DNA of 64,000 nt from Atractiella rhizophila. Its lineage: Eukaryota. Numbering within the stretch: position 1 is the stretch's first letter; the number at the start of each line of letters is the position of its first letter. The DNA lies in NCBI GenBank assembly GCA_021432655.1, contig MU271194.1, forward strand, positions 81,522 to 145,521, given 5' to 3'. The notes under the pieces were generated by a model. That model was not told the origin of the DNA. It saw only the letters and a program-made list of their open reading frames with translations, and searched no databases. Shown here piece after piece: positions 13,075-24,346 of the stretch. The translations under genes were made by a program, and so were the position numbers.

Positions 13075-13804
13075 TGTAGAAGTAGTCCATCTAACTTGAA
13101 CTTGACGACACATTTAAGTCCAGAGATCATGTGCAGCAAGGTCGAATGAAGAAAGGTACTATGTTGGCAACAAGAACTCCTTAGAGAACATGGAAGGAGT
13201 CAGAGTTTTGAGACTTCTGTATTGAGAACAGTTGTTTTCACCACGGCACTTCCTCTTATCCTCCAAAACTCAATAATGTATACTTCCCCTTTCATTCCAC
13301 GACCGGTTCAGGAATAGGCTATATCATCCAGGCTTACTAACCTTCAAACTTCAAATTTGAAGCGTTGTCTCATCCTGCGCCGCGGAAGCACTCCTTCCTC
13401 GGCACCATGTTGCTTGCAAAATTTGCATGAAATGTTGCAAGAAAAAAATGCTGACTGTCCGTCAGAGAGGTTCCGAGGGATGACGCGATGACGCGTCGCC
13501 GGAAGTCAACATTGTGGGAACTCTGGAAGATTGTTAATGTAACAGCCATTTGGTACTAATACGCTGACCAGATTTGTGGCTCCACGTTCGCGCACACCCA
13601 GGTAGTGGAGCGCGCGAAGTGAACGACGGGGAGGTCTATCGGCCCCAAACATGGCATTCTTCGCCCAGAAATCAATGAACGGGCTTTCGCATATACCGCC
13701 TGCTTCCGAGGCACTATATAGGTAGGCAAACGGTTATCATGTCCAAAGCCCTTTCGCCGCCCATCACACAGTAAAACTCGATAAAAGCAGCAAACTTCAA
13801 GGAG

Positions 13805-14026
13805 ATGGCTACAGCAACATCGCCCGCACCTGCCTATACCCATCTCTCCCCACCGCCTTACGCCCCCTCTCCTCCGCGCTCAATATCGAGCGAGACCTCT
13901 GCATCACTAGTGACAGAATCAGAAGCGAAGAAGGAGCCGGAGAGCTTTGTTTCATGGTTCTTTGGTTTGTTCAAGGACGATGGGAAGAGAGAGCAAAGTA
14001 GGGGATGGAGAAATGATAGGTGGTGA
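13805..14026 (+). CDS. Small (73 aa) uncharacterised protein with PPPY motif, ending RNDRW
   Basis: ATG downstream of a TATA-like CTATATA (~13715). A paralog at 21731-22001 shares the C-terminus. Probable GC-AG intron in the 3' UTR (14039-14089). Confidence 0.65.
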   Translation: MATATSPAPAYTHLSPPPYAPSPPRSISSETSASLVTESEAKKEPESFVSWFFGLFKDDGKREQSRGWRNDRW

Positions 14027-14497
14027 CGGGTGGTGATGGCAAGTGTGCACAATTACTGGGGAGTAAACAGTGCTGATGCGACTGAACAGCCCTGAAGACG
14101 CGGACAGGTTGCTACACTAGCACCAGCCAAACACGTCAGACATTTCGGATTTCCAAAACACCTTCCTTATCTGAAATTCGTAAATTCGTTGTAAATATTC
14201 AATACTTTTGGATATCGCGCGGCTCATACACTACATACTGCATGATGTCAATCCCATTACTCTGTACTACTTTTTCATAGAGCTCAAAGGGCAGCATGCA
14301 GCATATGAGCAATGTCAGTTGGTGCTGCCTGAATGAATAAAACAAATTGAAGCGCACAATGCTAACACTCACCATTCACTTAATGCCAGTCAGTTACGAG
14401 AGGTCTTTCTCTTACTACAGGGTGGTAGATGTAGATACACCCTTAGGGGTTCAACCTATTAGATATTGAGACCAGCCAGTGAAGGCGAAGTCTTGGG

Positions 14498-15641
14498 ATG
14501 GTGAAATCTAAAAGGCGTAGCCTAAAATCGGGTTCGTCTTTTATCTTACCTTTGATTCCATCGCATTTATTGACAAGACTGATTGCAGCGCTGGAGCGCA
14601 TTCAGTCATCCTCGAAAAAGAGGAAGCTGGACTCTCCCTCCACTGCTGCCGCCAATGGAGCTGAGGACGGCCGAATGGCTAAAAAAGCAAAGCCAAATCC
14701 GTCCGTGGCGAAGTCGCAAGCGAATCAACAGCCTGTTATACCTTTCGCGCAGGGAGAGTCCGTCCTGCTTGTTGGAGAAGGGGATTTCACATTCACCCTC
14801 GCACTTTTATCCCACCTCTCGTCTACCTCCGCGACCGATACAAACGAGGATGGCGCTGACGAAGGAGATCCGCGAATCCTCGCGACCACTTTTGATAGCC
14901 TTGCAATTTTGAAGGAAAAGTATCCGACGGTGGAGGAGACTGTGAAGTCAATCGAGGAGCGAGGAGGGAAGTGTGTCTTCGGCGTGGATGCGACGAAATT
15001 AGAGAAGTACAAGGAAGTAAAAAGGAAGGGCGGGTGGGATAAGATTGTGTTCAACTTCCCTCATTCCGGTACGTCCTCCTCTTTCTCTCACACTCTAGGA
15101 CTGACAGTACCAACCTGTAGGTTCAAGCATCGCAGATCAAGATCGCAACGTCCGCACAAATCAATCGCTCATCCTCCTCTTCCTACGCTCAGGACATCCC
15201 CTTCTACGACCTATCTCCTCCACCTCCCCCTCCTCGCGCACTCTACGCCGCACTCCCACCCCGGACTCAGATGTTGAGCCTTCTCTATCACCCGTCTCTC
15301 CAGCGCGCTCGACATCGGACCCGTGTATCCTCATCACCCTCTTTACCGGCTCACCATACACTCTGTGGTCCCTTCCCGATCTAGCAAAAAACAAGCGCTC
15401 AATGTCGCGGACCGTCCTCGAGCCTCCTCTGAACGGACTCAAACAACCGACGTATGAGGTCCGGAGAAGCTTCAGATTCCCTGCTCAGAAATGGGGTGAG
15501 TTGGGATACGCTCATCAGAGGACGAATCCGAACTTGAAAGACGGGCGAAAGAAAGGAAAGGTTGGAGGAGGGGAGGGAGAGGCCAGAACCTGGGTGCTTG
15601 TTCCTAGGGAGGAGAAGCGCAAAGAAGACGAGAGTGATTGA
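14498..15641 (+). CDS. BMT5: DUF2431 / Bmt5-like 25S rRNA (uridine-N3)-methyltransferase
   Basis: Motifs LLVGEGDFTF, ATTFDS, FGVDATKL, DKIVFNFPH, ITLFTGSPYTLW and GYAHQRT. Introns at ~14531-14587 and 15068-15120. Confidence 0.8.
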
Positions 15642-15812
15642 ACGTTTTGACCTGAAGCTGGAAAGCTTGACTCTGCAGAGATGATGCATAGCACAGAGAG
15701 TCGATTTATCGACGGTTTGCGATAGATAGCCAATGAGTTCTACCGGATGTATCTAAAAGTACACAATCACTGTACACGCCAATAACTAATATGCCCAACA
15801 ATCTGATCCATC

Positions 15813-18094
15813 TCAAACAGCAGGTCCCTTATAAGGGCTTTTCAGCTTTCCATCCAAGCTCAGCTTCAACTGGAGAGCGACCAGCTTGGAGAGGTGTCGA
15901 CTGCTTGGCTGTTGGGTTTGAAGAAACCAAAAACCAGGGTCTACAGTCGTAAATGAGGTGAGATTCCATGGACTGTTGGAAACAGGGAACGGAGGCTTAC
16001 GACCAGATTGCACAGCAACTCCCTTCTGCTCAGCTTCTGAGTAGATTCCCTGCACATCTTCCATTTTGTTCGCTTCCTCTATGCCAATATATTTAGAAGC
16101 TGTTTCTCGTTGATCGTTATCCTGGAATCTATGCGTCGATTTAGTCAGTCTACACGCTCCATCAGGAATGAGGACGAACCCCGTGGCCATGACAATCACA
16201 TCGGCTTCATCTACGGTGCCATCAGAATATTCAACTCCCTTGTCAGTGTACCTGACGATTTGTTTCTTGGATCGAATCGTCACACGCCCATCGAGGACCA
16301 TGTCCGCCATTCCACAGTCGATGAGATGACCGGCTATGGAGATGCAAACAGTCAACAGTGACCGCAGGAGTGGAAGGAGAGAAAGACGTGCCATGTTTAA
16401 CGTAGATGCAGTTCCAGAAATCCTTCTCCTCTGCAATCATCATTCCCTTGGCTTTCATGCTATCATAGAACTCCTTATTCTGCTCTGCCGAGAACTTGAT
16501 CCAGCCATTCAACAATATCCGTCCGATAGAAGGAGGGAGGGATTCGCTCATCTGGTCGGAAATTTCGATCGGCGTGAAATCGTTGTAATGTTCGTAATGT
16601 TTTCCAATCGCCTCCTCGCAAGTGATCATGCACGACGTGTTACGCTGATAAAGGACGACGGAGGAGAGACCAAAGCGGACCATGTCCATTGCGATATCGT
16701 GAGCTGAGTTCGCCGCTCCTTGAAGTGTAATGTGTTTAGGAGAAGGAAAGAATGTGCAGGCGTAGAAGGCATACCAATGATTAGTCCTCTTTTGCCTTTC
16801 CACGGCTCTGCATTCCAGTATTTGACACTATGAACGATGTCTCCCTTGAACTTCTCCTAAACAATAGCACATTAATGGACACCTTTACTGGAGGAGATGC
16901 AGAGAAAACGTACCCGCTCCGGAATTTCCGGTTCGTAAGGATCCGTGTTCCCTACTCCGGTGCACATTACAATGTGCTTCGCCACAATGGTTTTCACTCC
17001 GTCCTTTCTCTTAATCTTATTCGTCCACTCCTTCCGATCTTCATCCCATTTTCCCTCCTCCCACCTGCTCTGCATGTAGACAGGTAGACCCAAAGATTTT
17101 CGATAACTCTCGTAGTGATCTGATAGCTGTTGAGCCGTAATAAAGACAGGATAGTTTTCTGGGTAGCGAAGAAACGGCATGTGCCCTATTTTCTTCGGTG
17201 TGTCTGCATGTTATTGGATGTATCAATGTTATATGCATGATCAGGTGAGGAGTACGAACGCAGTTTGCAAGCCTCGTAACGTGTGCCCCAGCTGTCGCCA
17301 CACTTCTGGTTGCCATCCACTACGACGTGAGGGATTTGGAAGGACTTGAGAAGGGCTGAGAGGCAGAGACCGGATTGGCCAGCGCCTGGGCCAATTGTTG
17401 TCAGTTTTCTCAAGGCGGCTAACAGTCGAATGGGTCACATACCGATAACGAGGATGTCGGTCTGTTCAGGGAAATTGCCGTCTGGCGCACCATTGGCAAT
17501 CGGCTTCTCCTTCATCTTCTGTTCATCAAGGGTTTCGACGCCATCGAGCGCGAAGATGACTGTATATACAGTCCAAAGTTTCCACCTGTCTTCTGCAACC
17601 CTCACAGCTCGGAAGCTCCCCATGCAACTAGCTTTCGGCTCTTCGATCTCAAACACGAAGCCAGTATCAAGCCAATGAGTCTTTTCTGAGAACTCCACGA
17701 TCTTTCCCGGCGCATCTTGAAGGCGGAAAGAGTGCGGTTTCGCGTGAGGAGCGAGGGCTTGAACAGCTTTGGAGATATTAGGGATTCCATGGATGGATCG
17801 AATCGAAGCTATTTCACCACAATCACCAGAACATATCAGCGTAAGAGGCAAAGGGGAAAGAAAGTACGAACCAGTGAATGCGAGCTGATCACGCCAAACA
17901 GCACCATCAAGGAACAAGTTGTTCAAATCGTCGTCCTTCCCTTCAAAAACCTTTGCCAGCTTATCCACCAATTCCTTTCCTATGGAATTGATGTCCGTGC
18001 TCTGTGGAATGGGAAGGTTGGTAGTAGGAAAGGAGACGGGGATAGAATCAAGGGGTGCCGATTCGGCAGTGGGGCGGAAAGTGTCTCTTGCCAT
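15813..18094 (-). CDS. Flavin-containing monooxygenase (class B) with N-terminal extension
   Basis: FAD motif G-AGQSG, FMO fingerprint FKGDIVHSVKY (FxGxxxHxxxY), NADPH motif G-AANSAHD and late VMATGF. Confidence 0.88.
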
Positions 18095-18481
18095 TTCGCA
18101 GACTGATTATGTTCTTGTTATCAGTGTGAGCACCCGATGAAGCACGTAAGCTGACTGGATCGATGGATCTGTGTTGGTACAAGCACCAGGTTTTAAAGCT
18201 ACAGTGGCGAGCTGGGCGAAGAATCGGTTCCTCCGTCCCCACTTTACCGGCTAAATATTAGAAGCACGCATTCTCATTCCTGACAATGACGGTTATCAAA
18301 GCGAGCTGGAGAGCGACCGTATCCCAGCTTTGCGCACGAGCTGATTGTGGGAGGCAGGCAGAAAAGGCAATGAAGTTAATAGCGGCAGATGTTCAACATT
18401 GCACTGCCCCACTGACGAGAACAATTCATTGAAGTATTAAGAACACCTTGAAGTGAAGGAAGGGACAAATAGTCCACCATC

Positions 18482-18611
18482 ACTCATTCATGGTACTCAT
18501 TCATGGTACTCATTCATGGTACTCATTCATGGTACTCACTCATGGTACTCATTCATGGTACTCATTCATGGTACTCATTCATGGTACTCATTCATGGTAC
18601 TCATTCGTGGT
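18482..18611. repeat. Minisatellite, 10 x 13 bp ACTCATTCATGGT
   Basis: Counted directly. Unit 5 is ACTCACTCATGGT and unit 10 is ACTCATTCGTGGT. Confidence 0.97.
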
Positions 18612-19325
18612 ATAAATATCAAACCTACCCTCGGAGACAGTGCACACAATCGTGGCGCCTTCAGGGCAATGACTGACGGTTGGAGTCGGTTGGAGGATAG
18701 GTGTATTTGCTATCACAAAACATTTCTACCCTCTATTTCTATTGGGAGAGGAGGAAACATGGTACTTATGGGTTTCAATTTTAAGCTGACTGTCGCTTAG
18801 AGAAAGAAGCTGATATAGAGAACCATTACAAAAGTGCGAGGTTATGACAGCAACGAGTTCCATCGTAATGCTTTGATCCGAAACACTTTCCACACCTTCC
18901 AATATACCTTTGAGGCAAATAAAGCCATCTTACCCTTTTAAACATGTTTTCATCTCAACTGCGCTTCCAAATGCTTTTCCACATTACAAAACCTCCAGTC
19001 GCGTTGCTGTTACGCGGTTGTAGTGAGCAACATGCCCTCAGCACTTGAGTCAACTGGGCCACGCATCACAATATATGTCAAAGCATGGCGTTACCAACAC
19101 GGCGTGGGCGAAGCAAAGAGTTGGAGAAGAGTCGAAGTGGCGAGGGAATCGTTGAGGTCGCAGCCGCATGCTTTTCCGTCCGCTAACTGATCAGCGATCA
19201 GCGACTGAGCTGATTCAAAAGCTGATCAAGATCAAAAAGTACGATCAATCAAAACTCGAATCACTTGCCTGAGATAAAAGACACACAAAACCACCATCTG
19301 AAGGAAAGTATTTCTCAGTAGCAGA

Positions 19326-21156
19326 ATGAGTGCGACGCATCCTTTCTCCTGCCTCACTTGCTCTCTTTCTTTTGCCACTCCGACGCTGCACAGAGATCAT
19401 TACTCATCCGAGCTCCATCGGTACAACGCTAAGGTACGCCACTCATCATCTTTACCCCGTCTTGCCTCTAGCTCATATGTGCAACGATGTAGAGAAAGGT
19501 AGCGAAACTCCCACCGGTCACGAGGGAGGTATGGGAGGAGAAATTGGGAGCTGGCGCGAAATTGGAGAAGGAGGAAGCAGAGAAGAAGGAGGAGTGGTAC
19601 TGTAAGGCTTGCAGGTAAGTCACAGCTTTATTCATGACAAATGAACCTTTCTGTGTGTTTCCTCGGCCATATTTTTATTATGCTGTCAGGAGCATCCAAT
19701 TTACATTTCTGTCCTTTGATGTTTTAAGTGGCTGCTAGAGTGTATGCATTTTGTCTCTATTGAATTTGTACTCATTGGTTTTGAGAAAGAGGAGGAGTTG
19801 CTTTGATAATTTGTTCACTTTATGCCGTTCCTTTTACATTCTTGCCTGCTGAGCATAAACAGAGCTGACTAACCAACCCTTGGCTCTCAGCAAATCTTTC
19901 TCGTCTATCAATGCGCATCGCAATCATCTCGAGTCCAAAAAGCATCGCGATAATGTCTTCAAGTCTTTCTCAGCCGATTCCATCTCAAAATCACAATCAC
20001 AATCTACCATCTCCAAATCTGCTTCCAATTCTCTCTCCGAAGAGTCCACGGACGTAGCAGCTGTGACACAGTCTCTCGCTTCTGCTTCTCTCGCAACGAC
20101 ACCAGGAGGAGACACAATGGATGCCCTCGTCAAATCCCGTCTCGCTTCCCACCCTCCGCTCCCGAAAGGAACCTGTCTCTTCTGTCACTCTTCGACCTCC
20201 TTCGCTTCGCTCGATGAGCTCACAACCCACATGCAGCGCAAACACGGTTTCTTCATTCCCGACTCTGAGTATCTCGTCGACCTTCCAGGCCTGCTGGGTC
20301 GATTGGGTGAACTGGTTGGCACCTGGAATGTGTGCGTTTGTTGTGGGAAGGGGTATGGGGGTGAGGTCGTTATTGAACAGGTCGAGGAAGAAGGAAGCGA
20401 GAAGAAGAAGGTGAGGGAGAGAGATGGATTGGATGCGGTCAGGAAGCATATGGATGCTAAACGACATTGTCGCTTGCCTTGGGACACCGAGGAGGAACGG
20501 CTTGATTATGCGGATTTCTATGATTACCGACCTTCTTATCCAGATTATAAGCCACCGAAAAAGAAAGAGGAGGAATGGGAGGACACAGAAGATGTTGAGG
20601 ATGACGAGGGAGAGGTTGTTGAAGTTTCGGCATCGGAGGACGAAGAGAGCGAGGAGGAAGAGGATGAAGACTTTGAGAATACGATTCCCATTTCCTACGG
20701 TTCAACACCTTATGAACTCATCCTCCCCTCTGGCATTCGAATTGGTCATCGTTCCCTTCGGAAGATTTACGCTCAAAATCTCGCTCCGCATCTCATCAAA
20801 TCCGCTGCCTCTAGATCTGGTCCTTCGAAGGATTCCCAGCTCGTAGATCGTCTAGCAGAGAGCGTCACGACAGGAAAGAGTCTTGCATTATCGAGGCAAG
20901 GTTTAGTGGCCGCGAAGGGAGGTGGAGGGAAGTTTGGGAGGGGTGGAGAGCTGGTGAAGGCTAGAAATGCGGGAGAAGCCAAGGAAGCTGGAAGACATAT
21001 TAGGGAGTATAGGGACCAGAGGAAGATCAGTGAGCAACAGTTCGTCACTGGTATGAAGAACAAGTACGTTTTATTCCCTCTCAGTCGATTGTCGGCCATA
21101 ATAAGATATGCTGTGGTAGTAATCAAAAACACTTCAGAGATCCTCTGCTCCAATGA
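19326..21156 (+). CDS. REI1: Rei1/Reh1 C2H2 zinc-finger pre-60S maturation factor
   Basis: MSATHPFSCLTC...HYSSELHRYNAKRKVAKLPPV, WYCKAC-KSF...HLESKKH, CLFC...HMQRKHGFFIPDSEYLVD, ELILPSGIRIGHRSL and C-terminal NNQKHFRDPLLQ*. Confidence 0.93.
19640..19845 (+). ncRNA. Candidate intronic box H/ACA snoRNA within REI1 intron 2
   Basis: 276-nt intron (19615-19890) in a ribosome-biogenesis gene, where neighbouring introns are ~55 nt. ACA at 19836-19838 lies upstream of the branch point. Boundaries are approximate and no folding was computed. Confidence 0.4.
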
Positions 21157-21730
21157 GCATGAGGTTGGATGTAGGAGAAGTGGAGAGGTGGAAAGAAGGT
21201 GCCAGTGCATAGTGCAGTGGAAATGTATCGAAGTGAAATCCATATTCTAGACTCCTCTCATCATCATCCGTCCTACCGCCTCCAAGCCGAAGGTGGAACT
21301 TGAAGGAAGTTTCATTTGTGGTGCATGTGCATACCAGTCAGGACGATGAGCATTCAAACATCGCCAGGAACATTGCATGGATCCTGCTTAGTTGAGGACA
21401 AGATTGCATTAGTCGAGGGCAGAGATTTGTCATATTTGGTAAAGGCGAGATTTAGGAAACTAGTTCATCCCTCTCTCTTGCTGTCACCAGAACATGCTTG
21501 GGACACTTGCGAAATGATGCATTCGCTGATCCCATTCTCACTGTCGTGGTGGTACACACTGGCAAATCCAAATTACTGCCATATTTGTACAAGCATAATC
21601 TATACCATCAAGATGATGCGCTAAAATAAGCCTATGTCCTTCGAAATCGTGCGGAGGGTTAGGACATACACCGTCTTCTATAGAAGAAATAAAGCTTTGT
21701 CCAGTGAATCAGAATAAGGCGTACCGGAGT

Positions 21731-22001
21731 CTACCATCTATCGTTCCTACGCGCTCTTTGGTGTTCCTTCTTCCCATCTACTACTTCGTTCTTGAACAAC
21801 CTAGCTAATTTGGAGAGGAAGTTCTTGTCTTCGGTTGTAACGTTCATCGAAGAATCTTGATCCCCTTCAGCTGCTATAATGACGTTGAGACGAACGCGTA
21901 TTCCGATCTGAGTGTCGTCAGCCCTTGATTCTCGAGGAGAATAAGCCGGAGGTGGCTCTTCTGATGCAGGGAGAATATCGAGGTAGGGGAGAAGAAGGCA
22001 T
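21731..22001 (-). pseudogene. Paralog of the 13805 micro-protein with a 1-nt frameshift (pseudogene or consensus error)
   Basis: MPSSPLPRYS, then one extra base in GGG at 21969-21971, then PASEEPPPAYSPRES...NFLSKLARLFKNEVVDGKKEHQRARRNDRW*. The span of 271 nt is 3n+1. Confidence 0.65.
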
Positions 22002-22957
22002 TCTGTCAGAATCTTCTCTGATTATCACCAGCGTTGGGGGCATGGAGGCAAAGCTTCACCAATATAACGCTTTTATCCAGCCAATGCTGTCAAGTCCGGC
22101 GCGCTCCATGAACTCCGCTCCAGTCGCCCAATAGTAGACTTCCTCGCTTTTATCCGTGACCTTCAGATTTTCCAGACAGAGCAGAATTTCCCTGTCTTTG
22201 TCACCCTTTGGCACGAGATGCACTGGGCTTTGTTCTCTCAACATGCCGAGGAATGCTTCTGGAGTCAGCCCATGCGCGGATGAGCGGGCAGTTCATTATA
22301 TTATCTGCTTGTCTGTTAGTTTTCCCAATATATCCTTATGGCAGAATCTCTCCCCGGCCTGCAAAATGAGGCATTGAGGGTCAAGGTCTCGAAATGACGG
22401 ACTGTAGCGCACAGTGACTCGCGAACAGCTTCTTTGGAAGGAGTGAAAAGGTTGTCATGCACTTTTGACAAGGGCAGTCTATGTCTTAGGGATGCCTCCT
22501 TCTATCATGAGAGAGACTCTAGAGGCAATAACAGCAACACTAGTAAGCCAACGCCTTCAGTGGCAACTGAGGAAGATTGCTTCGTGAGCACAACAGCAGA
22601 ACAAGTGTCTCGCCGAGCCTTGGCTAGCTTCAACGTCTGGGGTGTAATCAGTGCCGAAACCGGGGTGTAAATCCATCGCGCTCCTCGGGAGGTGCAACCC
22701 GATATATAAAAAGGCTAAGCATTGAGTTTGTCGTTCCCAACTGCTTGCTCGAAAGCGTCTACAGAGTAAATGTGCCAGGGCAGCAGGGCATCATATCGCG
22801 ACACCAATTTCATTTCAATCGTCACTGCAATGAAAAGGTAGGTCCAGTCAAACATCACCCAAACAAGAAACGCAAACACAGAAAGTTGTCATCCCAAGCT
22901 GATTAATGGATGGTATTAAACGTAAGCTTTCTGTTCATAACGACAACGATGCAGGAT

Positions 22958-24346
22958 TTAACCCCTTCGGATCTCTCCAACAGGAAGGACGAAGAAGGAG
23001 TTGTCGGGCGTCAGAATGCCAGCCAATCCAACATACTGCAGCGAAGGGAGTCAGCGATATGAAACAGTGACAGAACAGAACAACGTACCCAAGCGATGAA
23101 AGCTGTTATGATTCCGAAGGCACCTCCAGCTTTGTGGACCTTGACATTCTCAGTGAACTCTCCGGCCATCTGTTGCATGGACTCAGTGAGAACCGTCCAA
23201 ATATCATGGTAGATCACGTACGAGAAGAAGGAAAGTGATGTCAAGGAAGAAGAATAGAGCGATGAGTCCCCACGACGATCGCAGCGTACAGATGAGCATG
23301 AGCGTCGTGAAGATGAACCAGGTTGCTATTTACACATAGCATGAGAACGACGCGTTTTGGAAGGTGCGAAGGACAGACCTAGGTAAATACCGACGGATGA
23401 AACGAGTTGACCCTCCTCTCCTTCAAAAGCAGCCAAAATACCAGAATCTGGAATGTAGATGGCAGCGAAGGAGAGCCAGAAAGCACCGTAGGAGGAGAAA
23501 GCAGTAGCACCGAAAGTGTTCCCGGCAGCGAATTCCCACATACCTGCATGGCACAGGAACGATCAGTCCTCAGCTCAGGATGAGGAAACAACACAGACCA
23601 GCAAGTAACTGAGCCAAGCCACCATATCCAAGTGCAAGACCCACAACGACGTTAGGAATAGTGACGTGCCGGGCTTGGACATTGATCATGGAGAGGAAGA
23701 AGGTGGTTCCGGCGAAACCCATCAATCCCAAAGGAGCGGGATTGGCGAATTTTCTGTGGTAGACCGGGAAAGCGGGTTGGGAGGTGTCAACTGGGTGTCC
23801 ACCAGGAGTGACGGCACGGTTCACGGGCTAAAGAAGCATGAGCGTTCAGGCCGCTCCAAGGAACCTATGAGCAAAACCTACAGCCCCATGAAAGGCTGGA
23901 GAAAGATGTCAGCGAGGACCAGAGATCATGACGTGAAACGAGGAGAAAGCTCGGAAAGTTTACACCACGAAGAAATACATATGGTCTGACCGTTCATGCA
24001 CGTTCAGGCAACCTGCAACATGCAACAGATCATCGAAAGAACAGTCACAGCACGCTCTGGGCAAAGTCTCCCGGTCCGTGTCCCGGACAATAGACAGACA
24101 ATGTCCGACAACTTCGCATACTGGACGAAAATAGCGAGACCAGCTTCTTGGCAATCCTCATATTTTCGAGGCAACCCCATTGGTGCTAGGCTATGGAACC
24201 GAGCGCACGAGAGTACACCTATCTTTGTTCCTATACCTTAGGTGCATTGAAAAAAAACGCGTCTGGCAGCTTCCCCCAAACAATTTTCATGAAAGACAAA
24301 GTAACATACCAACTTTCTCTCCGTTAGAAACACCAGACTCTGACAT
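22958..24346 (-). CDS. Gpr1/Fun34/YaaH (Ady2/Ato) acetate transporter
   Basis: Signature [42 protein letters not shown]. Exon 1 MSESGVSNGEKV (24346-24310), then a 414-nt intron and a 14-nt exon (23895-23882). Confidence 0.92.

Noticed and set aside
14020..14120. Alternative splice extending the 13805 protein to ...NDSPEDADRLLH*
   Set aside because: The paralog also ends RNDRW*, which favours the stop at 14026 with the intron in the 3' UTR.
18453..18800. 115-aa ORF with repeated LIHGTHSWYSFMV
   Set aside because: It is only the translation of the 13-bp minisatellite, with a GTG start. There are no spacers, so it is not a CRISPR array either.
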